The translations under genes were made by a program, and so were the position numbers. Shown here piece by piece: positions 27,689 through 38,652 of a stretch of 64,000 nucleotides of DNA (position 1 is its first letter; each line of letters starts with the position of its first letter). The stretch is from Candidatus Tayloriibacteriota bacterium. GTDB taxonomy: Bacteria > Patescibacteriota > Minisyncoccia > Phycocordibacterales > PALSA-1337. The notes below the pieces were generated by a model. That model had not been told where the DNA came from and ran no database searches. It saw nothing but the letters and a program-made list of their open reading frames with translations. The stretch covers positions 25,132-89,131 of the forward strand of contig CAIOGI010000006.1 in assembly GCA_903857825.1 (NCBI GenBank), in the 5' to 3' direction.

Positions 27689-28411
27689 TTAAATTCCCGC
27701 CAGTCTTACAGCAATAAACATAACAACAACACCAAGCACAGTCATTAAAGTAGTCCAAAAAGTAGGGTGCTGATGATGACTTTCTGGTAAAAGATCGCTA
27801 GCACCAAGATATAAGAAGAATCCACAGAAGAGTGCCAAAACTATACCCAACACTGATTCGGAAAAGGAAATAATAGTAGATGCTAATATACCAATAACCG
27901 GAGCAAGTGAATTAACAAAAAGCCATCTCAATGCCCTCTTTTTATCCCCACCATTTTTAAGTATTAGACCAATTGTATTAATACCATCAAGGAACTTGTG
28001 TAGTAATACAGCAATAGACACCATTATACCAACGGACACCGAAACCTGAAAAGCAATGCCCACCGCCAAACCATCTAAAAAACTATGGAATGACAAGCTA
28101 CCAGCACCCAAATGCCCCCGATGATTTGTATTTTCACAGTGTTCATCGGCATTGTGATGAGGAGCCACGAAACGATCGATAATCATAAATATAACAAAAC
28201 CCAACACAAGAAACGAGGTAACGGTAGAGATCTCGAATCTTGAGCCTGCAAGTTCAATAGCTTCCGGCAATATATCAAAAAATGCAACACCTATAAGCGC
28301 CCCGGCACTAAAGCCCAAAAGTAGATGCAGTCTATCTTTGAATTTTAAAGCGATAAGACCCCCAAGAAAAGTAGCTAGAAATGACCCTATTGATATCAAA
28401 ATAATAATCAT
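27689..28411 (-). CDS. ZIP-family divalent metal (zinc) transporter
   Basis: His-rich loop HHNADEHCENTNHRGH, then HSFLDGLAVGIAFQVS (ZIP signature) and eight predicted TM helices. The start is probably MIIILISIGSF (28411) rather than 28507. Confidence 0.75.
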   Translation of the reverse strand: MIIILISIGSFLATFLGGLIALKFKDRLHLLLGFSAGALIGVAFFDILPEAIELAGSRFEISTVTSFLVLGFVIFMIIDRFVAPHHNADEHCENTNHRGHLGAGSLSFHSFLDGLAVGIAFQVSVSVGIMVSIAVLLHKFLDGINTIGLILKNGGDKKRALRWLFVNSLAPVIGILASTIISFSESVLGIVLALFCGFFLYLGASDLLPESHHQHPTFWTTLMTVLGVVVMFIAVRLAGI

Positions 28412-28449
28412 ATGGTATAATTTAGTAATTAATATAAACATAACATAAA

Positions 28450-29295
28450 ATGGAATCAACACAAGAAACAAGAAAAATGTCAGGTGGTTTGAATATACCG
28501 ACTGCAATAGTTATTGCTGGAGCAATTATTGCTATAGCTGTCATATATACAAAAGCTCCAAGTGTTCAGAAACCACCAAATCAACAAGCTGATACCTTTG
28601 AACAGAAGATGAAACCGATTACTGATGCAGATTATATTATTGGTAATCCAAAGGCAAAGATAAAGATAGTGGAGTATTCAGACGCATCTTGTCCTTATTG
28701 TAAGGTATTCCACAATACAATGAGAAAAGTTATGTCAGATTACGGAACTTCAGGAAATGTAGCTTGGCTATATCGTCATTACACTCTTGATAAACCAGAT
28801 CCAAATGGCAACATTCTTCATCCAAATGCTGGTAGAGAAGCTCAAGCTATGGAATGTGCTGGATCTTTGGGCGGTAATGAAAAATTCTGGACATTTACAA
28901 ATAGACTTTATGAAGTAACACCTTCAGTTACAGGAGCAACACCAAATGGTCTAGATCCTAAGGAACTTCCAAAGATTGCTGAATTTTCTGGAATAAATGT
29001 TACTGACTTCAATAATTGTCTTTCAACAAGTAAATTTAAAGAAAAAGTAGAGGCCGATTTTGTTGATGGAGTAAATATAGGTATAAATGGAACTCCATCT
29101 AGTATAATTGTTCTAGAAAAAGCATTCCCAGCTTCAGTAAAAGAAAAACTTATGCAAATCTATGATCCTTACAAGAATCCTCAAACTGGTGAATATCCAA
29201 TTAAAATAAGCAGTGATTCGAAGATGGTTCTTCTGGGTGGAGCAATGCCAATCGAAGCAGTAAAAGCTACAATAGACCTATTCTTTACTTACTAA
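28450..29295 (+). CDS. DsbA-family thiol-disulfide oxidoreductase, membrane-anchored
   Basis: N-terminal TM anchor; CPYC active site in a thioredoxin fold (VEYSDASCPYCKVFH). Confidence 0.75.
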   Translation: MESTQETRKMSGGLNIPTAIVIAGAIIAIAVIYTKAPSVQKPPNQQADTFEQKMKPITDADYIIGNPKAKIKIVEYSDASCPYCKVFHNTMRKVMSDYGTSGNVAWLYRHYTLDKPDPNGNILHPNAGREAQAMECAGSLGGNEKFWTFTNRLYEVTPSVTGATPNGLDPKELPKIAEFSGINVTDFNNCLSTSKFKEKVEADFVDGVNIGINGTPSSIIVLEKAFPASVKEKLMQIYDPYKNPQTGEYPIKISSDSKMVLLGGAMPIEAVKATIDLFFTY

Positions 29296-29331
29296 GTAAA
29301 TTATTAGCAGAATGAGTTCATGTCACTTAGT

Positions 29332-29423
29332 AAAATTGGACTCGTCGACTTGCGCTCGAGAGTACTTTTATTTGTAGCAGAGCTAAAATAAAAGTCTCTC
29401 TCACCGTGCCGAGTCTCAATTTT
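29332..29423. repeat. Palindromic intergenic repeat element, copy C
   Basis: AAAATTGGACTCGTCGACTTGCGCTCGAGAGTACTTTTATTTGTAGCAGAGCTAAAATAAAAGTCTCTCTCACCGTGCCGAGTCTCAATTTT, between the convergent gene ends at 29295 and 29440. Confidence 0.85.
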
Positions 29424-29439
29424 ACAAAGTAATATAAAC

Positions 29440-32421
29440 TTATTTTGTCAAAGACTTACCCAACTTACAGTACTCACAATCCTTCTCTCCACATACCTTA
29501 TCCCAGAAATTTAAATTGTAAATTTCACCAACTTTCTCTTGTAAAAGTTTTTTGAGCTCCTCCACCTCTTCATCTGTAACCTCAAATCTCTCTTTAGTAA
29601 ACTTTCCTTTAGCATCGGGCTCGATAAAATCAAGTTCGCCAGAAAGCATATTGTATTTTTTCTTGTCGTCTAAACTTAAAAGTAATTTGTAGAATATAAG
29701 CTGTCTATGATAATTCTCTTTATTATCTGACTTTTTCTTGCCAGTTTTGTAATCAACTACATTCACATCATGCTCATTTATAAACTCAATCTTGTCTAAT
29801 TGTCCCTTCAAAAGCAGGTCAAAAGTACCCACATTTAGATGAACTCCACGGATACTGAATTCTGTTAGTAAATTGCGACTCCAGAGGCCTTTATAAGCCT
29901 CAAAATAGGCTTCTAGGGCTTGTTTTCCCTTCTTTAGGCTATCTATGTAATCAGATGGTGAAAGCAGGGTTTTATTCAAATTAAACTCGAATAATTCAAC
30001 CAAGTCCTTCTTACTCATATCCTGCTCTTCTCTGTATTTATCAAAGAAAACTTTCAGAGTTTCGTGCACGGCAGTACCATACATTTGATGTTTACTCTGG
30101 GCGCTTGGAAGGCGGATAAGGTTAATGAAAAAATACTGCCAAGGACATTTCAAATAATTATTCAATGCGGTCACAGATAGGCCCTGCTCTAGGAATAGCT
30201 TTTGCAAGTATTCTTTATTATGAATTTCATGATGTTCGTGAACGACTGATTCTTTGAAGGCAAAGGCCTTATCTGCAAGCACATCAGCAACTTCTACTTT
30301 TTTAAATTCATCTGAAATTTCACTTATAAATTGAGTAGGTAGCTGCTCCCTTCCCTCACTACTTTCTTTTGCATAAGAAATATATACGGCTTTTCTAGCT
30401 CTTGTAAGTGCCACATAGAAAAGTCGTCTTTCATCATCTATATTTCCACCAGCATCAGATGCTGAGTCTGCCATTATCATGGTATGGAAAAATGTTCTTC
30501 GAGTTTTATTCCCCCAATGCCCATCGAATGCGCCAACGACATAAACATAGTCAAATTCCAAACCCTTTGATCTGTGTGCAGTCATAAGTCTTACTCCTTC
30601 TTTCATAATTCCCTTTCCTGTTTTTGTAAGAATCCCATGTTCGCGCACGCGCTCTAGGTGCTCTATAAAATCCTTTAGAAAATATTCTTTTTTCGCACCT
30701 GCCATTTTCTTTAATTCACCAAAGAAAGCCTCAAGTGTCGCCATCATCTCTAGTGAGTTTGTATTGGACAGAGCATATTCTAAATATCCAGATTCTCTAA
30801 CAATTATTTCAAATAGCTCAATAAATGATTTATTATGAGCATAACTGGCCCATGAAGAAATCCTCCTAGCCATCTCTGGAAAATCTCTTTCTATCACATC
30901 TATTAATTTCATCTTTTCCCTTCTCGCATTATCAAAAGTCTTGTAAATATCTATAGTCGGCAATTTAAAGAAATCAATGAATAAAACCTTACCAAGCTTC
31001 TCCTCATCAGAAAGATTATTAATTGATTCAAAGATGATGAGGAGCTTGCGTACATTTTCATCTTTCAAAATATCATTATCACTTTCTATACGGAAAGGTA
31101 TACCAGCTTTTTCAAAAGCATGAGCCACAGGAAAGGCGTCTTTATTGTCTCTATATAAAACTGCAATTTCTTCTGAAGCTACGCCTGCTTTTACTTTTGC
31201 CTGTATTTCTTTAATCAAAAATGCATTCTCAGTGTCTTGATTTGCACATTCAATAATATGAATAGGTTCTTTGCCTTCTACTGCTCTCGCCTGAAGCTCT
31301 ACGTGCTTATGACCTTCGGGCATATGATTATTCAAAATCAAAGAGTGTGAAGCGTCTAGTATGGACTGTGTTGATCTGTAATTTTCCTCAAGATGTATTA
31401 GCTTAGCCTCTGGATACAGCTTTTTGAAGTATAGAAAATTTTCCATAGATGCCCCTTGGAATCTAAATATAGCCTGCTTGTCATCACCAACAATGAAGAG
31501 ATTTGGACTAGAATGGAAATTTGAAAGTAATTCAAGCACGGCGTTCTGAGCATTATTTGCATCCTGATGTTCATCTGCGAGGATGTACTGATATGACTCC
31601 TGAAGCATGAGTAGTAGATCATTGTCTTTTCTCAAAGTTTTTATAACCTCTACTATCATGTCTTCGAAGTCATAAAACTTTTGCTTTATTAATGCCTTTT
31701 CATAAGCATCATAAAGTTTCAGTAACTCCTTATTCTTCTCAATTCTTTCTTTAAGCTTTATGAATTCACCCTTCATCTTGCCATTATGTGCACCTTTAAC
31801 ATGAACCTTTTCAGGAATATCTTCAAAATCTTTTTCTTGCTTCTTTATAGCTTGTTCAAAGTCTTCTACACCGACAGCTTCCCTCTTTAAATTTTTAATT
31901 TCTGTAAGTGCTGGTTTTACATAAAAGAAAATATCACCGTATGGCTTCAATAGCTTAAAGTCAAAAGAACTATCATTCCCACTATTTTCAATAATCTTCT
32001 CCATTATTGCGATCTGATCTATGTCTGTGATAGCTGTTGAGCCAATAATGCGCGGAAATCTTTCTGGATACTGCTTTATAACTTCATTACAAAATCCATG
32101 AAAAGTACTTATATTTACCTTATAGCCAGCTGTTCCTATTATGGTCACCAACTTTTTTCTCATAGCATAAGCACCCGACTCTGTGAAAGTCAGAGCGAGA
32201 ACATTTTCTGGAGAAATATCCGTTTGTTTTATTATATTTGCAATACGTAAAGTCAAAATGGAAGTCTTACCAGTACCCGGTCCAGCCACCACCATAACAG
32301 GCCCATCGATAGTGTCGACAGCTTCCTTCTGCGCCTTGTTTAGTCTTTTATAGAGAGTTTCGAATTCAGAATTACTGTCCTGATTTTGACCATTGACATT
32401 GTTTTTTGTTTTGTTTATCAT
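29440..32421 (-). CDS. ATP-dependent UvrD/PcrA-type helicase fused to a C-terminal PD-(D/E)xK (RecB/AddA-like) nuclease domain
   Basis: Walker A AGPGTGKTSIL; helicase motifs DEHQDAN, VGDDKQAIFRFQGA and YRS. The C-terminus has DLLLKGQLDKIEFI...VVDYKTGKK (nuclease motifs II/III) and CGEKDCEYCKLGK. Confidence 0.75.
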   Translation of the reverse strand: MINKTKNNVNGQNQDSNSEFETLYKRLNKAQKEAVDTIDGPVMVVAGPGTGKTSILTLRIANIIKQTDISPENVLALTFTESGAYAMRKKLVTIIGTAGYKVNISTFHGFCNEVIKQYPERFPRIIGSTAITDIDQIAIMEKIIENSGNDSSFDFKLLKPYGDIFFYVKPALTEIKNLKREAVGVEDFEQAIKKQEKDFEDIPEKVHVKGAHNGKMKGEFIKLKERIEKNKELLKLYDAYEKALIKQKFYDFEDMIVEVIKTLRKDNDLLLMLQESYQYILADEHQDANNAQNAVLELLSNFHSSPNLFIVGDDKQAIFRFQGASMENFLYFKKLYPEAKLIHLEENYRSTQSILDASHSLILNNHMPEGHKHVELQARAVEGKEPIHIIECANQDTENAFLIKEIQAKVKAGVASEEIAVLYRDNKDAFPVAHAFEKAGIPFRIESDNDILKDENVRKLLIIFESINNLSDEEKLGKVLFIDFFKLPTIDIYKTFDNARREKMKLIDVIERDFPEMARRISSWASYAHNKSFIELFEIIVRESGYLEYALSNTNSLEMMATLEAFFGELKKMAGAKKEYFLKDFIEHLERVREHGILTKTGKGIMKEGVRLMTAHRSKGLEFDYVYVVGAFDGHWGNKTRRTFFHTMIMADSASDAGGNIDDERRLFYVALTRARKAVYISYAKESSEGREQLPTQFISEISDEFKKVEVADVLADKAFAFKESVVHEHHEIHNKEYLQKLFLEQGLSVTALNNYLKCPWQYFFINLIRLPSAQSKHQMYGTAVHETLKVFFDKYREEQDMSKKDLVELFEFNLNKTLLSPSDYIDSLKKGKQALEAYFEAYKGLWSRNLLTEFSIRGVHLNVGTFDLLLKGQLDKIEFINEHDVNVVDYKTGKKKSDNKENYHRQLIFYKLLLSLDDKKKYNMLSGELDFIEPDAKGKFTKERFEVTDEEVEELKKLLQEKVGEIYNLNFWDKVCGEKDCEYCKLGKSLTK

Positions 32422-32466
32422 AGTATTTGTACTAATACGATTAAGGTTCCGAAAGGTGCAAGTGCC

Positions 32467-32994
32467 TTAGGACCCTTTTTCATTTATATTCTCTAATTGA
32501 ATATAGCTTTTAAGATTTTCTAAACAATCGAAAGATCGTGCTCTTAAATAGTAATATAGTGATGAGGCAAACTTTCTATTTGGGAAAAGAATCTTTTCAA
32601 ATTTATCTTTTCTAATTAAATAGTTAATCGTTCTTTTATAATCACCATCTCCAGAAACAATAATAATTTTGTTAAAGCTATTATTATCAATAAGATTTTT
32701 CATTATCTCGAATACTAGATCTGTATCTACATTTCCTTTCTTCTTGGTCGCAAGATCTGAACCATGTTCTTTAAAAATGGTTATGAAACCAGCTTGTCTT
32801 AAATTATTATATAAATCATTTTGAGCTTCGATTTTACATCCTAGAAAATAATATGCATCTGTTACTTTATATTTATCTTTCAAATAAATCCTAAATTTAG
32901 CAAAATCAACCTTCCAGCCACATTCCTTTGTGCCCATGTGTAGATTTTGTCCATCTATAAAAGCCAGATTGTTTATTTTAACTTTTTCTTCCAT
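32467..32994 (-). CDS. NYN-domain (LabA-like) protein
   Basis: LAFIDGQNLHMG...VDFAKF...DAYYF...DTDLVFEIM...IIIVSGDGDY matches the NYN/LabA nuclease-fold pattern. Confidence 0.65.
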   Translation of the reverse strand: MEEKVKINNLAFIDGQNLHMGTKECGWKVDFAKFRIYLKDKYKVTDAYYFLGCKIEAQNDLYNNLRQAGFITIFKEHGSDLATKKKGNVDTDLVFEIMKNLIDNNSFNKIIIVSGDGDYKRTINYLIRKDKFEKILFPNRKFASSLYYYLRARSFDCLENLKSYIQLENINEKGS

Positions 32995-33082
32995 ATATAT
33001 TATACATGACATTATACCCCTCCCATTTTCCATGGGAAGTTCCATAACTCAAATATTTATGTCACATCTGAAACTAGATAAC

Positions 33083-34291
33083 CTAGTAATTCTTCAATCT
33101 ATTGATCTTGTCATGCTGTCGTATCTTGTCATGAGCCTTTGCCTCGATTTGTCGTATACGCTCTCGAGTTACACCGAATTCCTTCCCTACTTCCTCCAAG
33201 GTATGAGTGATGCCGTCGTTTAGTCCATGACGCATTTCGAGAATTTTCTTTTCTTTTTCAGAAAGATCGTCGAGGATTTCATTAACCTGATCTCGCAAGA
33301 TTCTGCGTGAACTTTCTTGATCTGGAGAAAGGATTTTGTCATCTGCGATAAAGTCACCTAGTGTAGACTTTCCGTCATCACTATCGTCACCGATTTGATC
33401 ATCTAGAGATGCGACATTTTGATCAATCTTTTCTATATTATAAATTTTCTCTACATCAAGACCCATTTCTGTAGCTACTTCCTCTGGTAATGGATCACGA
33501 CCTAAGTCCTGAGTTAGACGACGGACGACTTGTTTGTACTTTGCGATTGTCTCCACCATATGCACTGGAACACGAATAGTTCTACTCTGATCTGCTAGTG
33601 CACGAGTAATAGCCTGACGTATCCACCACGTAGCATAAGTTGAAAACTTATAACCCTTTGTCCAGTCGAACTTATCAACTGCCTTGAATAGACCTAGGTT
33701 TCCCTCTTGAATAAGATCTAGGAGAGTAAGGTCTGGTGAACGGCCAACATATTTCTTTGCAATAGAAACCACTAGACGAAGGTTTGCACGAGCAAGAAGA
33801 TTCTTTGCCTCCTTGTCACCTGCTTGTATCCTTTTTGCCAATTCCTTTTCATTTGAAGCAGAGATAAGAGAATATTGTCCAATCTCCTTCAAATACATTT
33901 GAATAGAATCGTAAGATGAATCGGAACTTCTACTACTTCCATACGAATATTTCTTTGGGGCATGATGAACTTCTGGCTCCATCTCCAACAGACCTCCTCC
34001 TTCGAGCACATCAATACCAGCAACTGAGAACTTCGAATACAAATCATCTAGGAAAATGATATCTGTCTCGATATTTGGAAATTCCTTCAAAATTTCATCG
34101 TAGGTGACGAAACCTCTTTCACGTCCTTTTGTAGTAAGCTTTGATGCTTTTAATTCAAACTCTTTATTCTTATTCTGCTTTGCTGGAGATGATTTCTTTA
34201 CAACTTTCTTTAAAACTTTTTTTGCTTTTGTCTTAACTTTTGTCTTTAATTTTTTGACAACCTTCTTTACAACTTTTTTATTTTTTTTCAT
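33083..34291 (-). CDS. rpoD: RNA polymerase sigma factor, sigma-70 family (primary sigma type)
   Basis: Region 2 [34 protein letters not shown]; region 4 [22 protein letters not shown]. Directly downstream of dnaG (the dnaG-rpoD operon). Confidence 0.9.
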   Translation of the reverse strand: MKKNKKVVKKVVKKLKTKVKTKAKKVLKKVVKKSSPAKQNKNKEFELKASKLTTKGRERGFVTYDEILKEFPNIETDIIFLDDLYSKFSVAGIDVLEGGGLLEMEPEVHHAPKKYSYGSSRSSDSSYDSIQMYLKEIGQYSLISASNEKELAKRIQAGDKEAKNLLARANLRLVVSIAKKYVGRSPDLTLLDLIQEGNLGLFKAVDKFDWTKGYKFSTYATWWIRQAITRALADQSRTIRVPVHMVETIAKYKQVVRRLTQDLGRDPLPEEVATEMGLDVEKIYNIEKIDQNVASLDDQIGDDSDDGKSTLGDFIADDKILSPDQESSRRILRDQVNEILDDLSEKEKKILEMRHGLNDGITHTLEEVGKEFGVTRERIRQIEAKAHDKIRQHDKINRLKNY

Positions 34292-34297
34292 ATATTA

Positions 34298-36082
34298 TTA
34301 AATTTTTTGCTTTCTCTTTGATAATTCTGAGAGTCTAAGACTCAGAACCTGACACTTTTTCATAAGCTCCTGCCCTTTCATTTCATCCTTTTCTCTTTCA
34401 GATCTGGCGAGTTCTGACATGGCCTCTGAAAATTCCTGTCTCACAATGTCTTCTTCAAAATTGAGTAATAATTCATCAAGGTCTCTTATTAAGTCCTTAT
34501 TATTCTCATTTATGTTTTTTGAACCAAAGGTTACTTCCGCTTCCAAAAGTAATTGATCTTTGTATGGTTCAATATTTTTTATTAAATTGTCATACCTTTC
34601 CGCGGAGATATTTTTGATGTTAGTTTTATAACTATTTACATCCACTCCGGGTATTGTATTTTTATCCAAATAATGGATAAGACCAAATAACTTTCTAGTT
34701 ATCGAGTCCAGTCTGGTAGATGCAGTTCTAAGCTTTTCAGCAATTTGAACTTCGGCAACCAAACCCTTCAAAGAGGCTTCTGTTTTCTTTAGATCCTCTC
34801 GAATAGACTCTTCTGAAAGCCCAGTCTTTTCCTTTATTAACTTTATATAGTGTGCTTTTTCCATCGCTCCTGTAAGAGGGGCTATAAATGGAAGGACATT
34901 GTCCCACAATGCCTGTGGCAATTTGCGCGGGTCAAGCTGTTGTTTAAGCACAGTATCAATTTGAAATTCTACCACAGGTTTCGAATTACGCAAGACGTTC
35001 CTCCAAGATTCGGCGTCTGCTAACACAAGATCGGCTGGGTCCTTTCCTTCTGGAAGATCTGCTATTTTTACGTCCATTCCCAAACTCAAGGCAATTGCCG
35101 AGGAGCGCATTGCCGCTTTTCTTCCCGCATTATCGGAGTCAAAGGCCAAAATAATATTGTTTGAAAGCCTTTTTATTATTCCTAAATTGTTTACAACATT
35201 ATCTTTAGAAATAAGTGAATCCGCAAGAGCTGTTCCTGAAACAGCTACAGTGTTTTTTATACCAGCTTGATGAGAGAGGACCAAATCCATTTGTCCTTCT
35301 ACCAAAATTGAATAGTCTTTTATACGTATTGCTTGCTTGGCCTTATCTATACCATAAAGTACGGTCGACTTATTAAACAAGATGGTATCTGGACTATTTA
35401 GATACTTTGCAGACTTTCCATCATCTACCAAAATTCTGCCAGAGAAAGCTATTACTCGCCCGCTCGAATCAGAAATAGGAAACATCACACGTCCGCGAAA
35501 ACGATCATAGTATTCTTTCTTTACACTACCAGCCTCATCTGGACGCTTTATCAATCCCGCCTTTTCTATATCATTATCTGTATATTTTTTATTTTTTAAA
35601 TATGTATAAATGAGTCTCCAGTCTGCTGGTATATATCCTATACGAAAGTTTTTCGCCGTCTCGGAAGTTATCCCTCTTTTCTTCAAGTATTCTTGTGCTT
35701 CTTTCGAATGTTTCAATCCTCCTTCAAAAAACTTCGTAGCATCCTCCATTATTGCCAACAACTTTTCCTTTTCTGTTTTATGTTCATTATTTACCTTATC
35801 AAATTCAAGTTGAATTCCAGCTCTTTCCGCAAGCATTTTTAATGCGCCCATGAAGTCTAGACCTTCGAATTGTTCGACGAAGCTAAACACGTCGCCTTTG
35901 GATCCGCAACCAAAACAAAAATAACTTCCCCTATCAGGCGACACGAAAAATGACGGTGTCTTTTCATTGTGAAATGGACATTTACCCTTCAGGTTCTTCC
36001 CTGCCTTGTCTAGCTTGATATATGAACTAATAACCTCCTCAATCCCAAGCCTTTCCTTGATTTTTTCGACATTAGATGACAT
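34298..36082 (-). CDS. dnaG: DNA primase
   Basis: CHC2 zinc finger CPFHNEKTPSFFVSPDRGSYFCFGCGSKGD; TOPRIM region ILVEGQMD...DSDNAGRKAA. Confidence 0.9.
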   Translation of the reverse strand: MSSNVEKIKERLGIEEVISSYIKLDKAGKNLKGKCPFHNEKTPSFFVSPDRGSYFCFGCGSKGDVFSFVEQFEGLDFMGALKMLAERAGIQLEFDKVNNEHKTEKEKLLAIMEDATKFFEGGLKHSKEAQEYLKKRGITSETAKNFRIGYIPADWRLIYTYLKNKKYTDNDIEKAGLIKRPDEAGSVKKEYYDRFRGRVMFPISDSSGRVIAFSGRILVDDGKSAKYLNSPDTILFNKSTVLYGIDKAKQAIRIKDYSILVEGQMDLVLSHQAGIKNTVAVSGTALADSLISKDNVVNNLGIIKRLSNNIILAFDSDNAGRKAAMRSSAIALSLGMDVKIADLPEGKDPADLVLADAESWRNVLRNSKPVVEFQIDTVLKQQLDPRKLPQALWDNVLPFIAPLTGAMEKAHYIKLIKEKTGLSEESIREDLKKTEASLKGLVAEVQIAEKLRTASTRLDSITRKLFGLIHYLDKNTIPGVDVNSYKTNIKNISAERYDNLIKNIEPYKDQLLLEAEVTFGSKNINENNKDLIRDLDELLLNFEEDIVRQEFSEAMSELARSEREKDEMKGQELMKKCQVLSLRLSELSKRKQKI

Positions 36083-36104
36083 TGGGTACAGTATATATCA
36101 TTTA

Positions 36105-36200
36105 ATGGGTTGACTACAAGAAGGGGCTTGATATGATATGAGTACAGTCGTCCTTAATTGGACTGCCGAGATTCCCCGCCATTTGGCGGGGTTTCGCTTT
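36105..36200 (+). ncRNA. Candidate small transcript: promoter-like TTGACT-16nt-TATGAT followed about 60 nt later by an intrinsic terminator
   Basis: TTGACT at 36105, TATGAT about 16 nt downstream, and hairpin CCCCGCC-ATTT-GGCGGGG followed by TTTCGCTTTTTTT at 36170..36200. This could equally be just the bidirectional terminator for the KilA-N gene. Confidence 0.25.
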
Positions 36201-36206
36201 TTTTGT

Positions 36207-37049
36207 TTACTTATTATTTTTTAATGTTTCAAATCTCTTTGAAACACTACTACTGGTTAATACTCTCATTTGAAAAATACATATACTGTTTAGCTTAACA
36301 AGTCTTTCTTCTTGTGACATATTAGTTCGAATATATTCAGCATTAATACTTTCAATATTTGATAGCACAAGTAGTTGCTCAATAGTCGCATAATCTCGAA
36401 CATTTCCTTCTTTGTCCTTATTTTCGTTACGCCATTGTTTTGCTGTTTTTCCAAATAGAGCAACATTCAAGATATCTGCTTCATCAGCATAAATATAGTT
36501 AATTTGTTCCTTTGTAATATTGGTTGGAATAATATTTTCCTTAATTGCTTGTGTTTGTAGTTTGTAATTCAATTTTGATAAAATACGATTTATATTCCAA
36601 TTAAGTGACAATGCTTGATTTTCACCATCTTTTAATCTTTGAAATTCTTTTATTAAGTACATTTTAAAACCTGGACTAAGCCATGTACCAAACTCGAAAG
36701 CTATATCTTTGTGTGCATATGTTCCTCCCCCATATCTTCCAGCTTTTGACTTAATGCCAATTGCCTTTGTTGCGGTAATCCATTTTTTAGGAGTTAAACG
36801 GAAACTATTGAGTCCAGCCTCCTTCCTAAAGGTGTCGAATTCGACACCTTTAAAATCTAAATTGTGTATTTGCTCCCAAATACCAAGGAACTCCAGTGTA
36901 TTTCGATTTCGCATCCACCCATAAATCAAATCCTCACCACCAAACTTTTTAGCCATATCTGTGAGACATATATAATCCCCAAAACTATCGGATATTATTG
37001 TTATCTCAGAGCCCTGCACGTTTATATGCGATTTTGTATCTTTTTTCAT
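36207..37049 (-). CDS. KilA-N domain-containing protein (phage antirepressor-like N-terminal DNA-binding domain)
   Basis: ITIISDSFGDYICLTDMAKKFGG...LIYGWMRNRNTLEFLGIWE matches the KilA-N/APSES-type fold pattern, followed by a C-terminal domain of unknown function. Confidence 0.6.
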   Translation of the reverse strand: MKKDTKSHINVQGSEITIISDSFGDYICLTDMAKKFGGEDLIYGWMRNRNTLEFLGIWEQIHNLDFKGVEFDTFRKEAGLNSFRLTPKKWITATKAIGIKSKAGRYGGGTYAHKDIAFEFGTWLSPGFKMYLIKEFQRLKDGENQALSLNWNINRILSKLNYKLQTQAIKENIIPTNITKEQINYIYADEADILNVALFGKTAKQWRNENKDKEGNVRDYATIEQLLVLSNIESINAEYIRTNMSQEERLVKLNSICIFQMRVLTSSSVSKRFETLKNNK

Positions 37050-37188
37050 ATTTTGTTTAATTATCTTAATAATTTGCATACTTTAACAAAAAGTTCTTAA
37101 GAAGTTTTAAAGAAATTATTAAGAAATGATAAAGATTTGAGTTAGAAAATGAAATACGAGAACTGTAAATATTTTTTAGTATAAAAAT

Positions 37189-37692
37189 ATGATAGATTTT
37201 ACATCAATGATTATTGGATTGCATAAAAAATATATTAAAGGCAGTGAGAAAAATGCTATTGTTCAAATAGTTCAAGCGTTTATGTGTAATTTAACTGCGG
37301 CCGTCGTAAAAGGTATATCGTGTCCTAGTAATAAGGTTTATATCAGTACTCGCGTATTAAAACATGTATATGACAAGAGGCCTGCAGAAGAATTTGATTT
37401 TCTGATCGAAAACCTACATTTGATTATTAAGTTCCCAGATTTAATTTTTAAAAATAAAAGTGGCAAGCGTGGTGAATTTTGCTTTGTAAAAGAAATTAAA
37501 GGCAAAAAATACTTATGCTCAATAGAAATTATAAACAAAGTGGACATAGTCCAATGTGAAATAGCTACCTTTTTCCGTGTAGATAGTGATTATTTAAAAA
37601 ATTACGAACTCTTATGGGAGTGGAAGGGCGGCGGCCTTCATCGTAGTGCGTTCGATGCTGATATTACTCAGCCTAATAGCACCCTGCAGTAG
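37189..37692 (+). CDS. Hypothetical protein (167 aa), possibly a phage-associated nuclease-like domain
   Basis: ORF divergent from the KilA-N gene. There are no secure motifs, and the PBECR-like guess is weak. Confidence 0.35.
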   Translation: MIDFTSMIIGLHKKYIKGSEKNAIVQIVQAFMCNLTAAVVKGISCPSNKVYISTRVLKHVYDKRPAEEFDFLIENLHLIIKFPDLIFKNKSGKRGEFCFVKEIKGKKYLCSIEIINKVDIVQCEIATFFRVDSDYLKNYELLWEWKGGGLHRSAFDADITQPNSTLQ

Positions 37693-37852
37693 AGCCTTTC
37701 TGACTTTCACCCCCGTAAGAATCAATAATTCACTTATAAGCATATTATACCTAACTTCTATTTTTTTGCCAATTTTTTAGTAAATTTGGAAATAATATAA
37801 AAAACTGGCGGCCCCAAGTAAATGAGGTCGCCAGCGCGAAAGTGATGCTTGA

Positions 37853-38479
37853 TCACATCTGTCGTGATCGATGCTCGGCTCTTATCATGAGCCAAATCAG
37901 TAGCCCGACACCAAATGTGGTCCTACTGGCGAAGATAATAGATAGAGTGTTCCGGCTTACGATACCGGTATACATTGCTATCAATGAAGCCACAAGCACA
38001 AACCACCAAGCGGACAATGGTTCAGTATTTTTCTTGGCGCTCAATAGCCTTTCAGCGGTGATGAGATATCCAATCAGCATCAACACTTGAATGAGAATAT
38101 TGGGGACAATTCCAGTTCCTCCCAATCCCCAGACAAGCACTGCCCAGAATATCGCAATGACCGTCGAAACCATCAGACACACCTTTTGGAAAGTGTTGAA
38201 ACTCAATTTAACCCCATTCGCCCGATTTTTGATGGCGACGGAAATCAGAATTGAGTTGATAGTAACAATACTGATCGCGTTGTACGCGTTACTCACCAAG
38301 CTGTGGTGAGGGCTTGTCCAGTACGTTGCAAAGGACAAAACCGTCCCGAAACTGGTCACAATCCACGTTGCCAACACGGGCTTAACCGCATCGTTCTTTG
38401 CAACCTGAATAATGTACCAGATTGACCCAATGACCAGAATGATCGTCGAAGTCAATGCCGACATTTCTCTCGGTGTCAT
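37853..38479 (-). CDS. Integral membrane protein (about 6 TM helices), hypothetical, in a mildly GC-elevated (about 44%) segment
   Basis: Hydrophobic helices throughout; no family motif. Confidence 0.45.
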   Translation of the reverse strand: MTPREMSALTSTIILVIGSIWYIIQVAKNDAVKPVLATWIVTSFGTVLSFATYWTSPHHSLVSNAYNAISIVTINSILISVAIKNRANGVKLSFNTFQKVCLMVSTVIAIFWAVLVWGLGGTGIVPNILIQVLMLIGYLITAERLLSAKKNTEPLSAWWFVLVASLIAMYTGIVSRNTLSIIFASRTTFGVGLLIWLMIRAEHRSRQM

Positions 38480-38652
38480 AAACTTAAATCAAATTTTCAA
38501 GGTCCAGTTGTGCAACATGCACCCTTTGAACATCATATATTATAACATACTGTATCTATATAAGTCAATGCCTACATAGAAAAAGCCCCATTTCTAGGGC
38601 TCTTTCTTCAAATGCTTACTTTTATCTATTCCCCACCTTCTATTTATTCCTT

